Source: Laetmonice hystrix
Taxonomy: Eukaryota
Direction of reading: 5' to 3'
Assembly: GCA_965235115.1 (NCBI GenBank)
Contig: OZ249436.1
Coordinates: forward strand, 39,868,001-39,932,000
DNA: 64,000 nt
Both the position numbers and the translations under genes were made by a program. The notes under the pieces are model-generated. The model saw only the letters and a list, made by a program, of their open reading frames with translations. It was not told the origin of the DNA and searched no databases. This document shows, piece by piece, positions 50,660-63,033 of the stretch (positions are counted from its first letter, which is position 1; each line of letters starts with the position of its first letter).

Positions 50660-53600
50660 CGCGTCCTTCACCTCCAGTATTTGTTATTCCAGTAGTCTTC
50701 CCTTTTTACGTTACCTTATGCTTACGTTACGATCCGTGTATCATTAAGTGTTGGGCTCTGTAGCTGTCTGGTGGGTACTAGTTTGGTACCGTACAAAGTG
50801 GTAGGTAAGTGCTCGGGGGCGGCTAGATAGACGACGCGTTGAAGGAGGTGGATGAAGTAAGCTTTAATTGGAATGTTGTCCGGTGCAGTGACGAGGCAGC
50901 TTTGTCGCCCGGTTCAGTGACGAGGAAGTTTGGATTGTTGCCCGGTTCGGTTATTTATTATTAAATATTTATAGTATGGTCCCAGGTGGTAGAATGGGAT
51001 ACCGTCACGTTTTTCCACCAGTTTCTCAGTCTATCACAATTTCCCAGGATAAGTAAGTATGGTGTAATGGAGTTTAATGGTGGGTGCTTCCTGTTTGGTC
51101 AAGCAGCTGGGTGTTATAACTTGTTAACCTGACGTTATGATGTTGACTCCAAGGATCTAAGGTCTTCTTCCGTATGTCTTATGATTCAAAGCCTTGATAT
51201 GCTTGTTGCAGGTACACCAGATGCCCCTAATCGGACTGGATGATGATTGGTTCCGCTATCCGTTCGTTTAGGCCAGGAGATGATCTGTGCCTAATTTCCA
51301 AGTTGTGTCTGACGGTGATGCGTAGATTTGGCTCCTGGGGCGGTGTCAGCGGGTCGCGTTAGAAGTCTTTTCTCCTGCCTTCTTTGGTGGCTCCAGCTTC
51401 ATCTTCGATTCCGCTTAGTGGCATTGTCTCCACCTAATAAGGCATTACTATACCTATATCTATGTATTTTGGACTATGTATTTCCATATAATGTATTATC
51501 GGTTATGTATTATATTACTATAGTATTGTTATGTTGTTACATATATCAGTTACACCTTATATAGATTTATCATTTACCATATTATAATGTTTGTAGAGTC
51601 CCCCATTGCATGGGGTGATCAACGGGTTACTATGTATGTGAATAAAATGTAACCTACAGCAAAGCATTCCCGTTCTCCGAGTTTGACTGCATAAATCCGA
51701 GCTCGGCGCCAAAGAGCCGGGATCATTTATGGAGGAGAAACGAGGGGTTTGCGTAGGTATATTAGTATAGGTACTCGGACGTATGTATCTAGGACCCATG
51801 TCGTGTGCTCAGTATGTATTGTCGAGGTAATGTAAACAATAGCTGTACTCCCGTTAACCACCATCTTGGTTCTCGCCTCTCGCGCGGTCTGGGTCGGAAA
51901 TGACGAAGGCGACTTGGGAGACGATCCGGAGGGTATAAATACAACCGAGCAGAAGAGTCGAGTTCTCTACCTTTGGAAGCTTCGTGGAAATCAGACGGCC
52001 CACCTCCGCCCCGACTCCTCCATGTTTCAACGCCTTTGCCTGGTTTAAATTATGTTTTTATGTAGACCTACTGGGTTTGGCTTGGGGTCAGCATGGCTGC
52101 CCGAGTTCTTTTCTCAGTTTGGTTGGATAGGGATGTATTTGGGTTCCTGGATGTTGTGGGCATTGTCTCCACCTAATAAGGCATTACTATACCTATATCT
52201 ATGTATTTTGGACTATGTATTTCCATATAATGTATTATCGGTTATGTATTATATTACTATAGTATTGTTATGTTGTTACATATATCAGTTACACCTTATA
52301 TAGATTTATCATTTACCATATTATAATGTTTGTAGAGTCCCCCATTGCATGGGGTGATCAACGGGTTACTATGTATGTGAATAAAATGTAACCTACAGCA
52401 AAGCATTCCCGTTCTCCGAGTTTGACTGCATAAAATATATTATCTAAATGTTTGAATGACAGCTTCCCTGGTATGAAAACCGCGATGATTCATTGTCTGC
52501 CCCCTGTCTCCTTGTTGAGCCTCTGCTAAATGACGGCTAGATAGAGAGGAGGAGGCATGTATAATTATTGGTATCCCGCGATTAATTGCAATATTATGAA
52601 GACATGTTATTGCCAAAACAATCCTATACTAGATGTCCCCGGGTCACTCTGTATGGTACCCCCAATGTCATCAAGACATCTGTGAATAATGAGAAATATT
52701 TCATCTCATATAATATATGACATAAAATCTTCATTATCCACAATATCAGGATTTTGGATGGCATTACGTTGGTATTGCACTGTCCTAGCCGCCATATTTG
52801 TTGATGTGCTCAGTATAAATAATGTGTTAATTAGCGATACTATCGTTAATTAGCGATAAATCAGTTAGCGAAGACTTAATCCGCACCTTTTTCATCCGCG
52901 CTAAAAAAATCCATTTAACGCGGAAATAACGCAAAATTTCGTAAGTAAACGCCCGCTTTACTATAGTTATGCAACGGTTTAACGCGTTTTTCGTCGATTA
53001 ACGCGTTTTAGACCTTAGCGAGCGCACAAACTTAGTTATGAAACGGGCCCCAGATATATAATGACCTGAAAATTAAACGTTTTAAGATGTCGCTGGCCTC
53101 AGGGATTTATTTCACGAAAAACTATGTTAGCGTGCGTGTAAACCACACTCTCAAGTAAGTGCGACCCACGGAGTCTGTTTTCTACTCGAGGGAATCAGAA
53201 AAATCGATTATAAACGTGTTTGAAGCAGATGCCAATTCCATGTGCCCCCTGCGCAAACACAAGTGGGCACAGAGGTTTGAAGGGTCCGGTGCCGAGGTGT
53301 CCACTATTGTATGTGCTCACGGTCAATATTTTACATAGGAAAATAAACGTGTCCAATGCCATCGCCTATTGTACCAACATTCGTAGTAATACAACCAATT
53401 TCGATGGGAATCTGTTTTCAAAACGACCAGTCCTTCAAACCGGATCAGTTTTGCATCTTTCTCTCATTACATTGCACTAATTACAGCTAATTATCTTATG
53501 TAAGTCTTGGCAAACATGGAACGCATTTTTTTATGGTTTCACTATTATATCAGATTACCGCAGCCCTCTTCAGAGATCAGCAATACTCTTCTGCTGCAAA

Positions 53601-54770
53601 TTTTTTTTTTTTTACACGCTGATGATAGCTCGCCTCGTTTTCCTGTGAATGAGTGGGTGCGAAATGGTGAATTTATGCCCTTTTTCTTAGTGAGAACACG
53701 TTGGAAGACTAAGAAATCATAAGCTAGAACCGACCCTTTGTTTTGAAAACAAGCAAATAGTATTAATTATAACCGTCGGTGGCAGGCTGTTACATACTGG
53801 TGCTGATTACCTACATTCATTATTAACCGTCGGTCGCAGGCTGTCAAATACTGTTACCTACATTCATCGCTAACCGCAGTGGCGGATCCTGGGGGGGGGG
53901 GGGGGGGGGCACCCGATATATACTTGGCCGCAGAAAAGGTTAAGGTAGTTCCTCTTGAGCCTGATATTAAAGGACTTCTGTATACCTACAGAATGAGCCT
54001 ATACGGCAAAATAAATAAGAGAAACTGATTTAGTGTTAATCTCTGGATCAGCGTCGTTAAGAAATCAGTGCCTAGACTTTGGCGAATCTTAAGGTGTCGC
54101 CTGGCACATGGAACATACATTCATCAACGTTGAATAACAGAGTAACGAGTCTCAGGATATGCTATAGAGTTTTAATGGGGGATACTACATAATTGATCGG
54201 TACAGCATGCTCATTGCCTTTGATGTAGGTTCATGTGTCATTAGACAACCGCCTTGCAGCATCCGGCACGGGTTTTTAATTGGAAGAAATCATGTCCGAC
54301 AGATTACCAGGACTTATAATATTGCTACTCGAGAGGGTTGTGTGCATTTAAGCTCCGAGGCAAGCTAACTATACCATAATGGTGAGAACCGACGATGTCA
54401 TTCGGGAACCCTCGGGAAAGTCCGCCACCTTCCGGTGGGTTCGGATTTTCACCTCGGGTGTAATGGACAGATTTGTGTGACTTTGTGATGCGGCGCGAAT
54501 GAATACTGAGTAAGCAGGCAGGGGGCACAATACGCGCTGACCAAGTAATCCCTACAGCGTAATGGCAGCGGTTGATGAGTGTTTGCATTATGCACTTGGA
54601 AACTGTCCGATAACCAAAGGAAAGTCGTGGCAGTTAAACCAAAACAGAGAGAAACATGCTCAACTCGGAAATGGCTTATGCCTCCATTCGCCATACCGCC
54701 CACACAACACATTGACAACACTCGCTGACTCAGTCCCAGCAGACAGCGGCGGCACAGGCACAGGCGCTAA

Positions 54771-55883
54771 AGGCCTGGTCCCACTGCACTTACGGATGCA
54801 AAGAGTATGTAAAACGTAACAAAATCTTGCCATCCGTTGGAAAACGCTATGCATCCGTTGTGTACCCATTGCATACGTGTTTCATACGCTCTATCCATCG
54901 AGCATCCGTCCACTGTGATTTCATCCGCGCAAAAAGTTTTGAGCTGCACAAAACTTTTAAGGCCCGGTCCCACTGGCCGATGGACACAAAACGTATGCAT
55001 TAAGGACACAGCGGACGAGCAAAATTTCGGGGCTCCATCCGTTTTCATCCGCTCCAGAAATGGACAAAATTGGCGAAAATTTGCGAAAACAGAATGGAAA
55101 AGAACGGACGTGGGTAGTATGTAGCGAGGATGTTAAACGGATATTCATCGGAAGCCTAGCGGATGAAAGCGGATGGAAGTGGATGGCAGTTTTGAATACT
55201 TTATATACGATATACATACGCTTACATCCTTTCTATTTCCGTGCTACTAACGATGTATAGACGTTCCATGTACCTTATCTTTCCTCCCCCTTTCCGTTTT
55301 CAGCTGCAGTGGATGTAAGTTGCGAGGATGCCCAGAGGATGCAGAGAGGATACAGCGGACATTTAACGGATGATAACGGACATAGAACGTTTGTTGCTCG
55401 TATATGTCGCGGATTTACATCGTACACGGCGGAAAGTTCATCCGTTCTAAAAGTTTTGTGCAGCTCAAAACTTTTTGCGCGGATGAAATCACAGTGGACG
55501 GATGCTCGTTGGATAGAGCGTATGAAACACGTATGCAATGGGTACACAACGGATGCATAGCGTTTTCCAACGGATGGCAAGATCTTTTTACGTTGTACAT
55601 ACTCTTTGCATCCGTAAGTGCAGTGGGACCGGGCCTAGAACGGATGAACTTTCCGCCGTGTACGATGTAAATCCGCGACATATACGAGCAACAAACGTTC
55701 TATGTCTGTTATCATCCGTTAAATGTCCGCTGTATCCTCTGGGCATCCTCGCAACTCACATCCACTGCAGCTTGTCAATTTCTGGAGCGGATGAAAACGG
55801 ATAGAACCACCCCCGAAATTTTGCTTGTCTGCTGTGTCCTTTATGCATACGTTTTGTGTCCATCGGCCAGTGGGACCGGGCCT
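54771..55883. mobile_element. Harbinger-type MITE (TAA TSD) containing an inverted second copy of the same family at 54960-55636
   Basis: Outer TIRs AGGCCTGGTCCCACTG / CAGTGGGACCGGGCCT with TAA at 54768-54770 and 55884-55886; the inner copy has the same TIRs in the opposite orientation. Confidence 0.85.
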
Positions 55884-57371
55884 TAAGCGGTCGGAAACTG
55901 GTGAGGCAGTCTAGGCGAGATACGAAGGAGGACGTTATTTCACATAACTCTGGTCACCTTCGGCAGATTCCTTCCATAAACACCCTTTTTATAGCGACAA
56001 AGCCAGGATGGCAGTTATGGAAACCACATGGGTTTGTTTTGTTGTGTGACTACTTTCAGAAATGGCGACCTGACCATTACGGCCGAGACATGATCAGCCT
56101 TCTACATGTCGAGGTAGGGCCGAGTGCCACGATGTATAGAAAATTGAAACATTATTCATTTTTATAGTAACCTGCACTGACAAAAATCCTCAAAACCACG
56201 CCGTTCCTTGCCGATGTAGGTTAATAATTAGGTGTTTTCAAGACCTGTGCATTGAAGCCATCTAGCCCCAAACACGAACCCTAGTGCATAATAGATACGG
56301 AAATTCTGACCTTTACCCTTGGATCGAAGCCTCAGTCTGCGGCAACAGAAATACTGTCAGAGGAAGGCTTCTATGGGACACATCCTTCCCAAACTCTTGG
56401 GAAATGAAGTAGTCATTGATCCAACAAAGAGCGCCGTATATTGTGAGTGAAGAACGCTGCCATACAAAAGCCATGCACATGCCCGTTATAAAAGGACGGA
56501 AACGATTTGTCAGTGCCCAAAGACGGACCCGACGGAGGCAACAGAATAATTCATACTAGTTTATCCATGTTCTCGGAAGCTCTTAAAGTATGGCGTTTGC
56601 GTCAAGAGGCGTCATTATAACATAACTGAAGAAAGAAAGAACAGTAAAAAAAATCGACCATATCCGAGCCAGGAGTGTTCTTTCCCCTACTCAGCTCTAC
56701 ATGGGAAGAAACGTGCAGTCACGACAAATCCAGCAGCCCTGTATTTATCGGAAAGCTAAGTCGATAGCAGCAATATTTTGAAATCGCAGGACATGTTCCA
56801 GTGGAGGTTTTTACAGTGGCGCCAAGCTAGTGAATGCGTGCGTGACGGCTGAAAGAATTCAATGTGCTCTGTAGCTTCCCCGCAGCTAGTGTTCCATTTG
56901 ATTCTCCCTCCCAATACAGGCCCGTCATTTTCATTGACTTATTGAGGGGGCTAGGCGAACAGAGTCTAAGGTTCTCCCTAGTAAAATAGGCTAATTATTA
57001 GGAACCATTGAGAATATTGGGGGGGGGGGGGGGGGTTAAGCTCCCTAGTCCCCCCCCCCTCGGGAATTACGGCCATGTAATATAACCCATTCTGTCGAAT
57101 TCTATCCATGTTTATATCTCACTTCTAAAGACCACTTTAGACATTCATATCACACCCGGCTAGGCTCCTGTGGTGGTAGGATAAAAAGTGGCTCTGTCGA
57201 GATCCTGTCTACAGATGACTTGATCGATATTACAGGCCATGACACTGTCTTGTTATATAGTGTAGCCTTTACCATACAGCACCCTTTGTAAATATTGGCG
57301 CGTTATCCGTGCTGTGGTCGATGTTGTTCTCAAAAAGACGCGATGTGAATGTTCGCTTAGTACGGTGACCT

Positions 57372-57613
57372 ATGGAATACCGGCGACGACATGCGAGATG
57401 CGAGACAGTGTGTTTGGGTTAGGGTAAATGGTAGGCCTATGGTTACTGTTAGTTTTCACTTTAGCCCCAAGATTATTGTTCAATAGGTAGTAATTGAGCA
57501 GTGGATCTTGATGTCGGCGTCAATAAGAAACATTCTATGTTCTAAATTGACACTGTTCGGTCCCATATCGCTTCTCGCATCTCGCATCTCGCATGTCGTC
57601 GCCGGTATTCCAT
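57372..57613. mobile_element. TIR element
   Basis: ATGGAATACCGGCGACGACATGCGAGATGCGAGA / TCTCGCATCTCGCATGTCGTCGCCGGTATTCCAT. Confidence 0.8.
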
Positions 57614-58389
57614 CCTATAGGCTGCCATGAGATACTCCAGCTGGGGGTACATGGTCGGGGGAATCGGTGATGAATGGCCCGTACAGTTGACCAAGTGTCA
57701 TGGCGAGGTAGTGTAACACTTTGCTAGAATCAAATGTCGATGCCTTGACCGCACGGGAGGAAGTACGTGAGTGGCGTTGGGAATTGTCTAGACTTGGAAC
57801 ACTGTATATGATTCTATTAGAAAATGATCACATTTGGTGGGTTAGATCTGCATAGATCTACATAATGTTAAAGGATATAGGGCCTACCACCTGACAGTTG
57901 TTTCCAAAAGTTTTTCACCTATAATTGGTCCCTTGAGATTTAAAGGGAACCGAAACCGCCATGGTAGGCCTATAGGGTCAATCGGAACATTCTCACACTC
58001 GAGTCCTTTCGGCAATCTTCTGCAATCTTCGTTCGTACGGGGAAAACACTCTCACAGATTACATATCACTAACGGCCCGATCAGGAGAATCCGCGCCACC
58101 TCACTCGTCACGCTCGTTAGATTACTACACCGTGGATACAAAGTAGTGCGTGCCCGTCGACAAGATGGCTGATGTTGTTGAACAGACCTGTCTTGAATTA
58201 AACTTACGCTGGTTGACTGTCTTGAGCTTAATCGCCGCCGGTTTGACTGGTGTCACGCGAGAAGCCATGTCTTCCATGTGCTACGGTGAAAGTAGTTCAC
58301 CCCGGTGTCCCCGTTACCCCCTGCGGCTTGCCCAGAGTCCTGTGCAGGATCTGTAAGAGTTCATTTCAGAAAATGGGCGCGAATGTGAG

Positions 58390-58960
58390 CGTGCATTCGG
58401 AACACCTCGGCCCAACTTCCGGTCGCTTCGCTAGTTGTGGTCTCGGACCTCGCAAGCCGTAGAGATATGACTGAGATTCCACGGGTTTGGGCACATCACA
58501 ACTCGCGTAGTGCGCAAAGTAGTTCATAGATCGTCGGTATTCGGCCTAACGCAGGATTGTTCATCGGGGAAGATGGATAATTCCCCAACATTTGCAGTCT
58601 CGATCGTTCTTAGCATCCGCGACACATTCAATTTTCCAGTATATATGAAATCATACGACTTTAGTAGCTTGCATCAACATAACAAATGGGAATCCCGAGT
58701 GAGACAGCGCGTCCGTGGGACGAACGTTGACCTCCTTATGACGATAAACAATGCCATTGGAATGTCAACATCTGAAAAAGTCTCTATAGAGACCAGAATT
58801 GATTTTCTTTGACGTCTAATCCATTTATCAGAGGTATCAAGCGGAGATCTGCTTTTAAACAAGCCAGACACTGCTTGTCTTTCACCTTTGTCGGTGTGTC
58901 GGCCGTCGCCATTTTGACCACGTTGTGTCACGTGATAAAAGAAGATCCAACATGGTGACG
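58390..58960 (-). mobile_element. Degenerate dispersed repeat (copy 2, inverted relative to 43700-44490)
   Basis: Minus strand reads MATADTPTKVKDKQCLACLKADL then stops; shares CAACTAGCGAAGCG...CGAGGTGTTCCGAATG with ~61948-61988. Confidence 0.6.
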
Positions 58961-60294
58961 ACCGTGCGAGGGCCGAGGGATCTGGCCCGAACAGTTTCGA
59001 GGTTGGCCGAATGCATGGTATAGTGCCTTTTACCTGCCACCATCTAATTCCCACAAAGTCTGTGTGGTAAAAGTAATCCCCGATAGATACTGACAGTTGA
59101 CCTTATGCCTACTGCCTCCATCTTTCTGCAGTCACTGCTGTGAGACCTTTTAAAAATGGCGTCCTGGATTCTTGCATATCGCTTTAACAAAGACCAGGCA
59201 GTGTAAATATAAAATAGACGTTGTCTTCAGGGCTGGATCCTTCATAGACAGCGCATCCGTGCCGTCTATATGCGTCGTTATTTCCGGACGGTCACAAACT
59301 AATGAAGAAATTAGTGAATGGCATTTTGGCGTTTTTTCAACACTCGATACGTCAAACATCCTACTAGTTCTATAGTTCTGTTTTCCACAGCCATTAAAAT
59401 CCATTACTGTAATACCTGCCTGTCCGATTTGCTGTGTAAAAGTATGCTAATTTCAATTTTGAAATCTTGAACCGGCAAATAAATATGAGCGCCGTTGTTC
59501 TTTACCATGGCCGGAAACCTCAGGGAGATAGGAGATGTAAGCTGGTTCCCGGCTCATTCGCTAGGTGGCTCTGTGGTCGACGCGAGTAGGAGCCGGTATA
59601 GGCCGCCATTTTGGACGCTCTCAGCGTCACGTAGATATCCGGGATTACGCGGACATGATACGTTCTGGCTGGACAGTGGACAGTCACAATGTCTACAACT
59701 ACAAGGCTAACTCCACTTAAAAGTGCCCATGATCAGTGCGTGTGCTGTGGGAAACCAAGCTATTTTTAAGATGACCAATCAAAGGTAGGTTCTCAAAACC
59801 CGACTGTGCCCAATCACAGCCGGCGTCTCTATAGCGTGTACCGGCTCTACCTTGTCAGAGTCAGAGCCGGGAACCAGCCTAGAGGAGATGTAGCTGCGCG
59901 ATTCGTGGAAAAACGGTTCCGCTGGGGGGGGGGGGGGGCTATATTAATGCTGCGTAAACAACTCGAATCTGACATAATAACCTGTCCTTACCGCTGTTAT
60001 TCCCGAAGTGACCGGAAATTGTCTAAGTCCGAAAAGGTAATCCATTGGTTGGGGGTAACATGCAACCAATAACAGAACAGAGCTATCAAATCCAGGTGGT
60101 GTATCTGTCACATTTTGAATAGGACACGCTGAGCTGTTTGTAATTTGAAATTTTATGCACTAGGGAATAGGACAGGTAGGTGGGGGATTAAAGGGACTCC
60201 GTCGATTCCCCCCAAATAGGAAACGTACCTTTCATTCTTAGCAACATGATATTTAAATATAGCGATCAAATAATGGCAATAAATGTAAAAGAAA

Positions 60295-60685
60295 TTACAA
60301 TTACACGGTCCGTGGAGTTTACAAACCACTGCCATGGCAAAACGGTCTGTCTTTACTGAAATCACCGAAATCAGCCCATGAAAATACCGAAATCCAGTCT
60401 CAACACCGAAATCACCACTGAGGAATACCGAATCCAATCTAAGTACTGAAATTACTCCAGAGAAATACTGAAATCCAATCTAAGCTTCGGTAATTGTCTG
60501 GGGTGATTTCTGTATTTCTCTTGGGGGTATTTCGGTAATTAGAGTGGATTTCGGTATTTCTCAACGTGATTTGGGTGTTTAGACTTGATTTCGGTATTTC
60601 TCAACGGTGATTTCGGTATTTAGATTGGATTTCGGTATTTTTGCTGGGGTGATTTCGCTATTTAGGTTGGATTTCGGTATTTATG
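60295..60685. repeat. Foldback array of AATACCGAAATC motifs followed by inverted GATTTCGGTATT motifs
   Basis: Several direct copies up to ~60480, then inverted copies to ~60682. Confidence 0.75.
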
Positions 60686-61152
60686 TCGACAACATTCAGA
60701 AACCAGATTGCTGTTGTCATGGCTTTATTTATCTCATAACCCGTTAATCCTCGCTGGGGGGACTCACAAGAAAACATGCACTCAATAATCTTGAGACTAT
60801 ACGTTATATACATCGGTCTGTCAATTTACATATGGAGGTCACGATAAAGTTCCAATATTTTATCTATACTTTGAAACAATACATAACTCGATTTAAGATA
60901 CTATAAATCACCAGAATAATTATAGAAATGGCTAGACTTTTCCCTTTACTATAGGTGGTGACATACAAGGCCACCCACAGAATTACCCTCAACCTCATTC
61001 CACGGAATCCCATACCTCGTGATAACCAGCCCCTAACCCTCCCAAACATCCAGAATCTGAGCAGCCTTGCTTCCCTCGGGAACCCATCCTCCTCCTCCTA
61101 CCCCGAAAACCTCAGACCTCGTCTGTAGATAGCGGAACCGTGATGGGGACAG

Positions 61153-61343
61153 CAGGCGCGGATCCAGGAATTTGTGCAGGGGGGGGGGGGGGTCCGAAAG
61201 ATGCGAGCCGCTGGCGGAGGGGGGCAATACTCTGGGGCCCTTCCCCGATAACATAGCAAAAACCTAATTTGGTCCTGGGCAGGGGGGAGGGGGGGGGGTG
61301 GGTCCGGACCCCCTGGACACCCCCCCCCCTGGATCCGCGCCTG
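61153..61343. mobile_element. CAG-ended MITE with a 5-bp TSD (hAT5-like)
   Basis: CAGGCGCGGATCCAGG / CCTGGATCCGCGCCTG; GACAG at 61148-61152 and 61344-61348. Confidence 0.85.
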
Positions 61344-62982
61344 GACAGCCCACAGACCTGCAGGCGGTGACGGGTTGTCGGAACAAGTAGCTTCATTGTC
61401 GAAATCGATGTGGTCAGTGAGACTGTGACGTGAACCGGTGAATGTATTTATACCACTGGTCAGCTGTCTCCAGGCTGCCTTGAGAATCGACTTCCGTCTC
61501 CCCTCTCACGATAACTCAAACGGCAAACAACATGATGAAATGAGTTGTATAATTAATCCAGGATACTTTAATGATCATCACAGTTTGGATATAATCTTCC
61601 ATCTGACGTCAGTCACCATGCAAGTAGTTTATTATGTTAGGTCTTAATAACAGCCGTAAGGCATTTAAACTCAGAGGTCGTTTTGTCCACATAACAGCGC
61701 TCGGCGTGTGGCTCCGAGCTCTTATTTGTCTGGGGTGATGTCTGTATTTATGGCAAACCGGCGTGGCTGCGTGGAGCGGATGAAGACTATTACCGATGGC
61801 ACATCATGCTCTGTATTACTACTACATGCGCAGCTGTGTTGCTTCCAATTTATTACGAGATTGCAGGTAAATCTAGGTTGTTAAATATGAGAGGGGGTCG
61901 ATTTTGTGCTATATCGACGCTAGCCTGACGATAACAGGCCTGGGACTACAACTAGCGAAGCGGAACCGAAGTCGAGGTGTTCCGAATGGGAATCTGCTAA
62001 GTGCTGTCAAAATCAATCAGTGACGGTGCAATTAAACGCCAGTCTGTAGAATCATAATGTCCTTTGTTGCGATTTGATGTGACATGGTGGCAGCACTGTC
62101 GCACGGGTCCTCGTTCCAACAACGTAGCACAAGATTAGATAGGACGCCGAAATGCCAAGCTGTGTCCGGATGCGTTACAACTTTTTGATACGAAAATTTA
62201 CAGTGTGTAGGACTTCCTGAACTCGTAGAAACGAATAAAATGCCATCCCATGTTGACAATATTCCTATATTCCCTCCCCAAATGCTTTCAACATCAAGCA
62301 GAAACGATATCATATGTAATAGCTGCCTTTTAGCCAAGAAAAGAACGATAATCTGGACATATTTTTCATTATTCGTCAGTCATGCGCCGCCAACCCGTTC
62401 TTGCGCACTTAGATGCCATTTGAACTGGGACTAGGAACAGACGGGGGAATTCTCTGGTGTCACGTGACGCGCACCTGTCAGTTGAGCTCACTCTCCCCCT
62501 TCAGGATGTCCCTGCTGTCTGGATATAACATCTCTGCCACCACTTGATTTAAATATTCATGATCTGGGGGCATACTTGGATTTTATCCAATAGCGGCTCT
62601 TGGATTTTGATGTTTAACACGTGTTTTTACACAGCATTTACAAAATGATATTCAAAATATATATTCAAGATCTTTAATACATTTTGTAAATGTTGTGTAA
62701 GAATTTTACTTCTTGAAAAATATTTTCGAGTCTTGAAACGTTCGGGTTTGGCGTGCCATAGACGTCACCTCGTTCTCGGTCTCGATCTCGGGGCGGATCT
62801 TAACCTATCTACTGGCTCAAGTCGCGGTCCATGTTCCAAGCAATACGAATGTCACTCAGGTTGCCGCACAAATTGCAGAACTTCTTGATGTCAGAGATAA
62901 TGTTAGACACATACCATGTTTTTGTTACTCTGACGTTGGTTTGATGATTGACCAATTATACTGTAACACTGTTCTCTCTCTT

Positions 62983-63033
62983 CACCCACCCACCCACCCA
63001 CCCACCCACCCACCCACCCACCCACCCACACCC
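62983..63033 (+). repeat. (CACC)n microsatellite
   Basis: Direct tetranucleotide run. Confidence 0.9.

Larger units (their letters stand above)
46319..52434 (+). mobile_element. Split-direct-repeat element; putative non-autonomous tyrosine-recombinase retrotransposon (Ngaro/PAT/TOC1-like)
   Basis: A1 46319-46622 matches A2 51693-51996 (304 bp); B1 51420-51695 matches B2 52159-52434 (276 bp). B1 and A2 overlap at AAA. TATAAATA in A and AATAAA in B; no TIR and no long ORF. Confidence 0.8.
45038..53050. mobile_element. Harbinger-type element (CAG TSD), about 1.9 kb once the 6.1-kb insertion is removed
   Basis: TIRs GGGCCCGTTTCATAACT / AGTTATGAAACGGGCCC; CAG at 45035-45037 and 53051-53053; TTAACGC/GCGTTAA subterminal motifs at both ends. 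Confidence 0.8.

Noticed and set aside
46319..52434. Ordinary LTR retrotransposon
   Set aside because: The terminal repeats differ from each other (A versus B); no TG...CA ends, no 4-6 bp TSD and no recognisable PBS or PPT.
54325..55804. Many overlapping 70-100 aa ORFs with mutual similarity
   Set aside because: Artefacts of the self-nested inverted MITE.
62032..62337. LRCWNEDP resembling a tyrosine-kinase C-terminal motif
   Set aside because: No other kinase subdomains; adjacent to a repeat relic.
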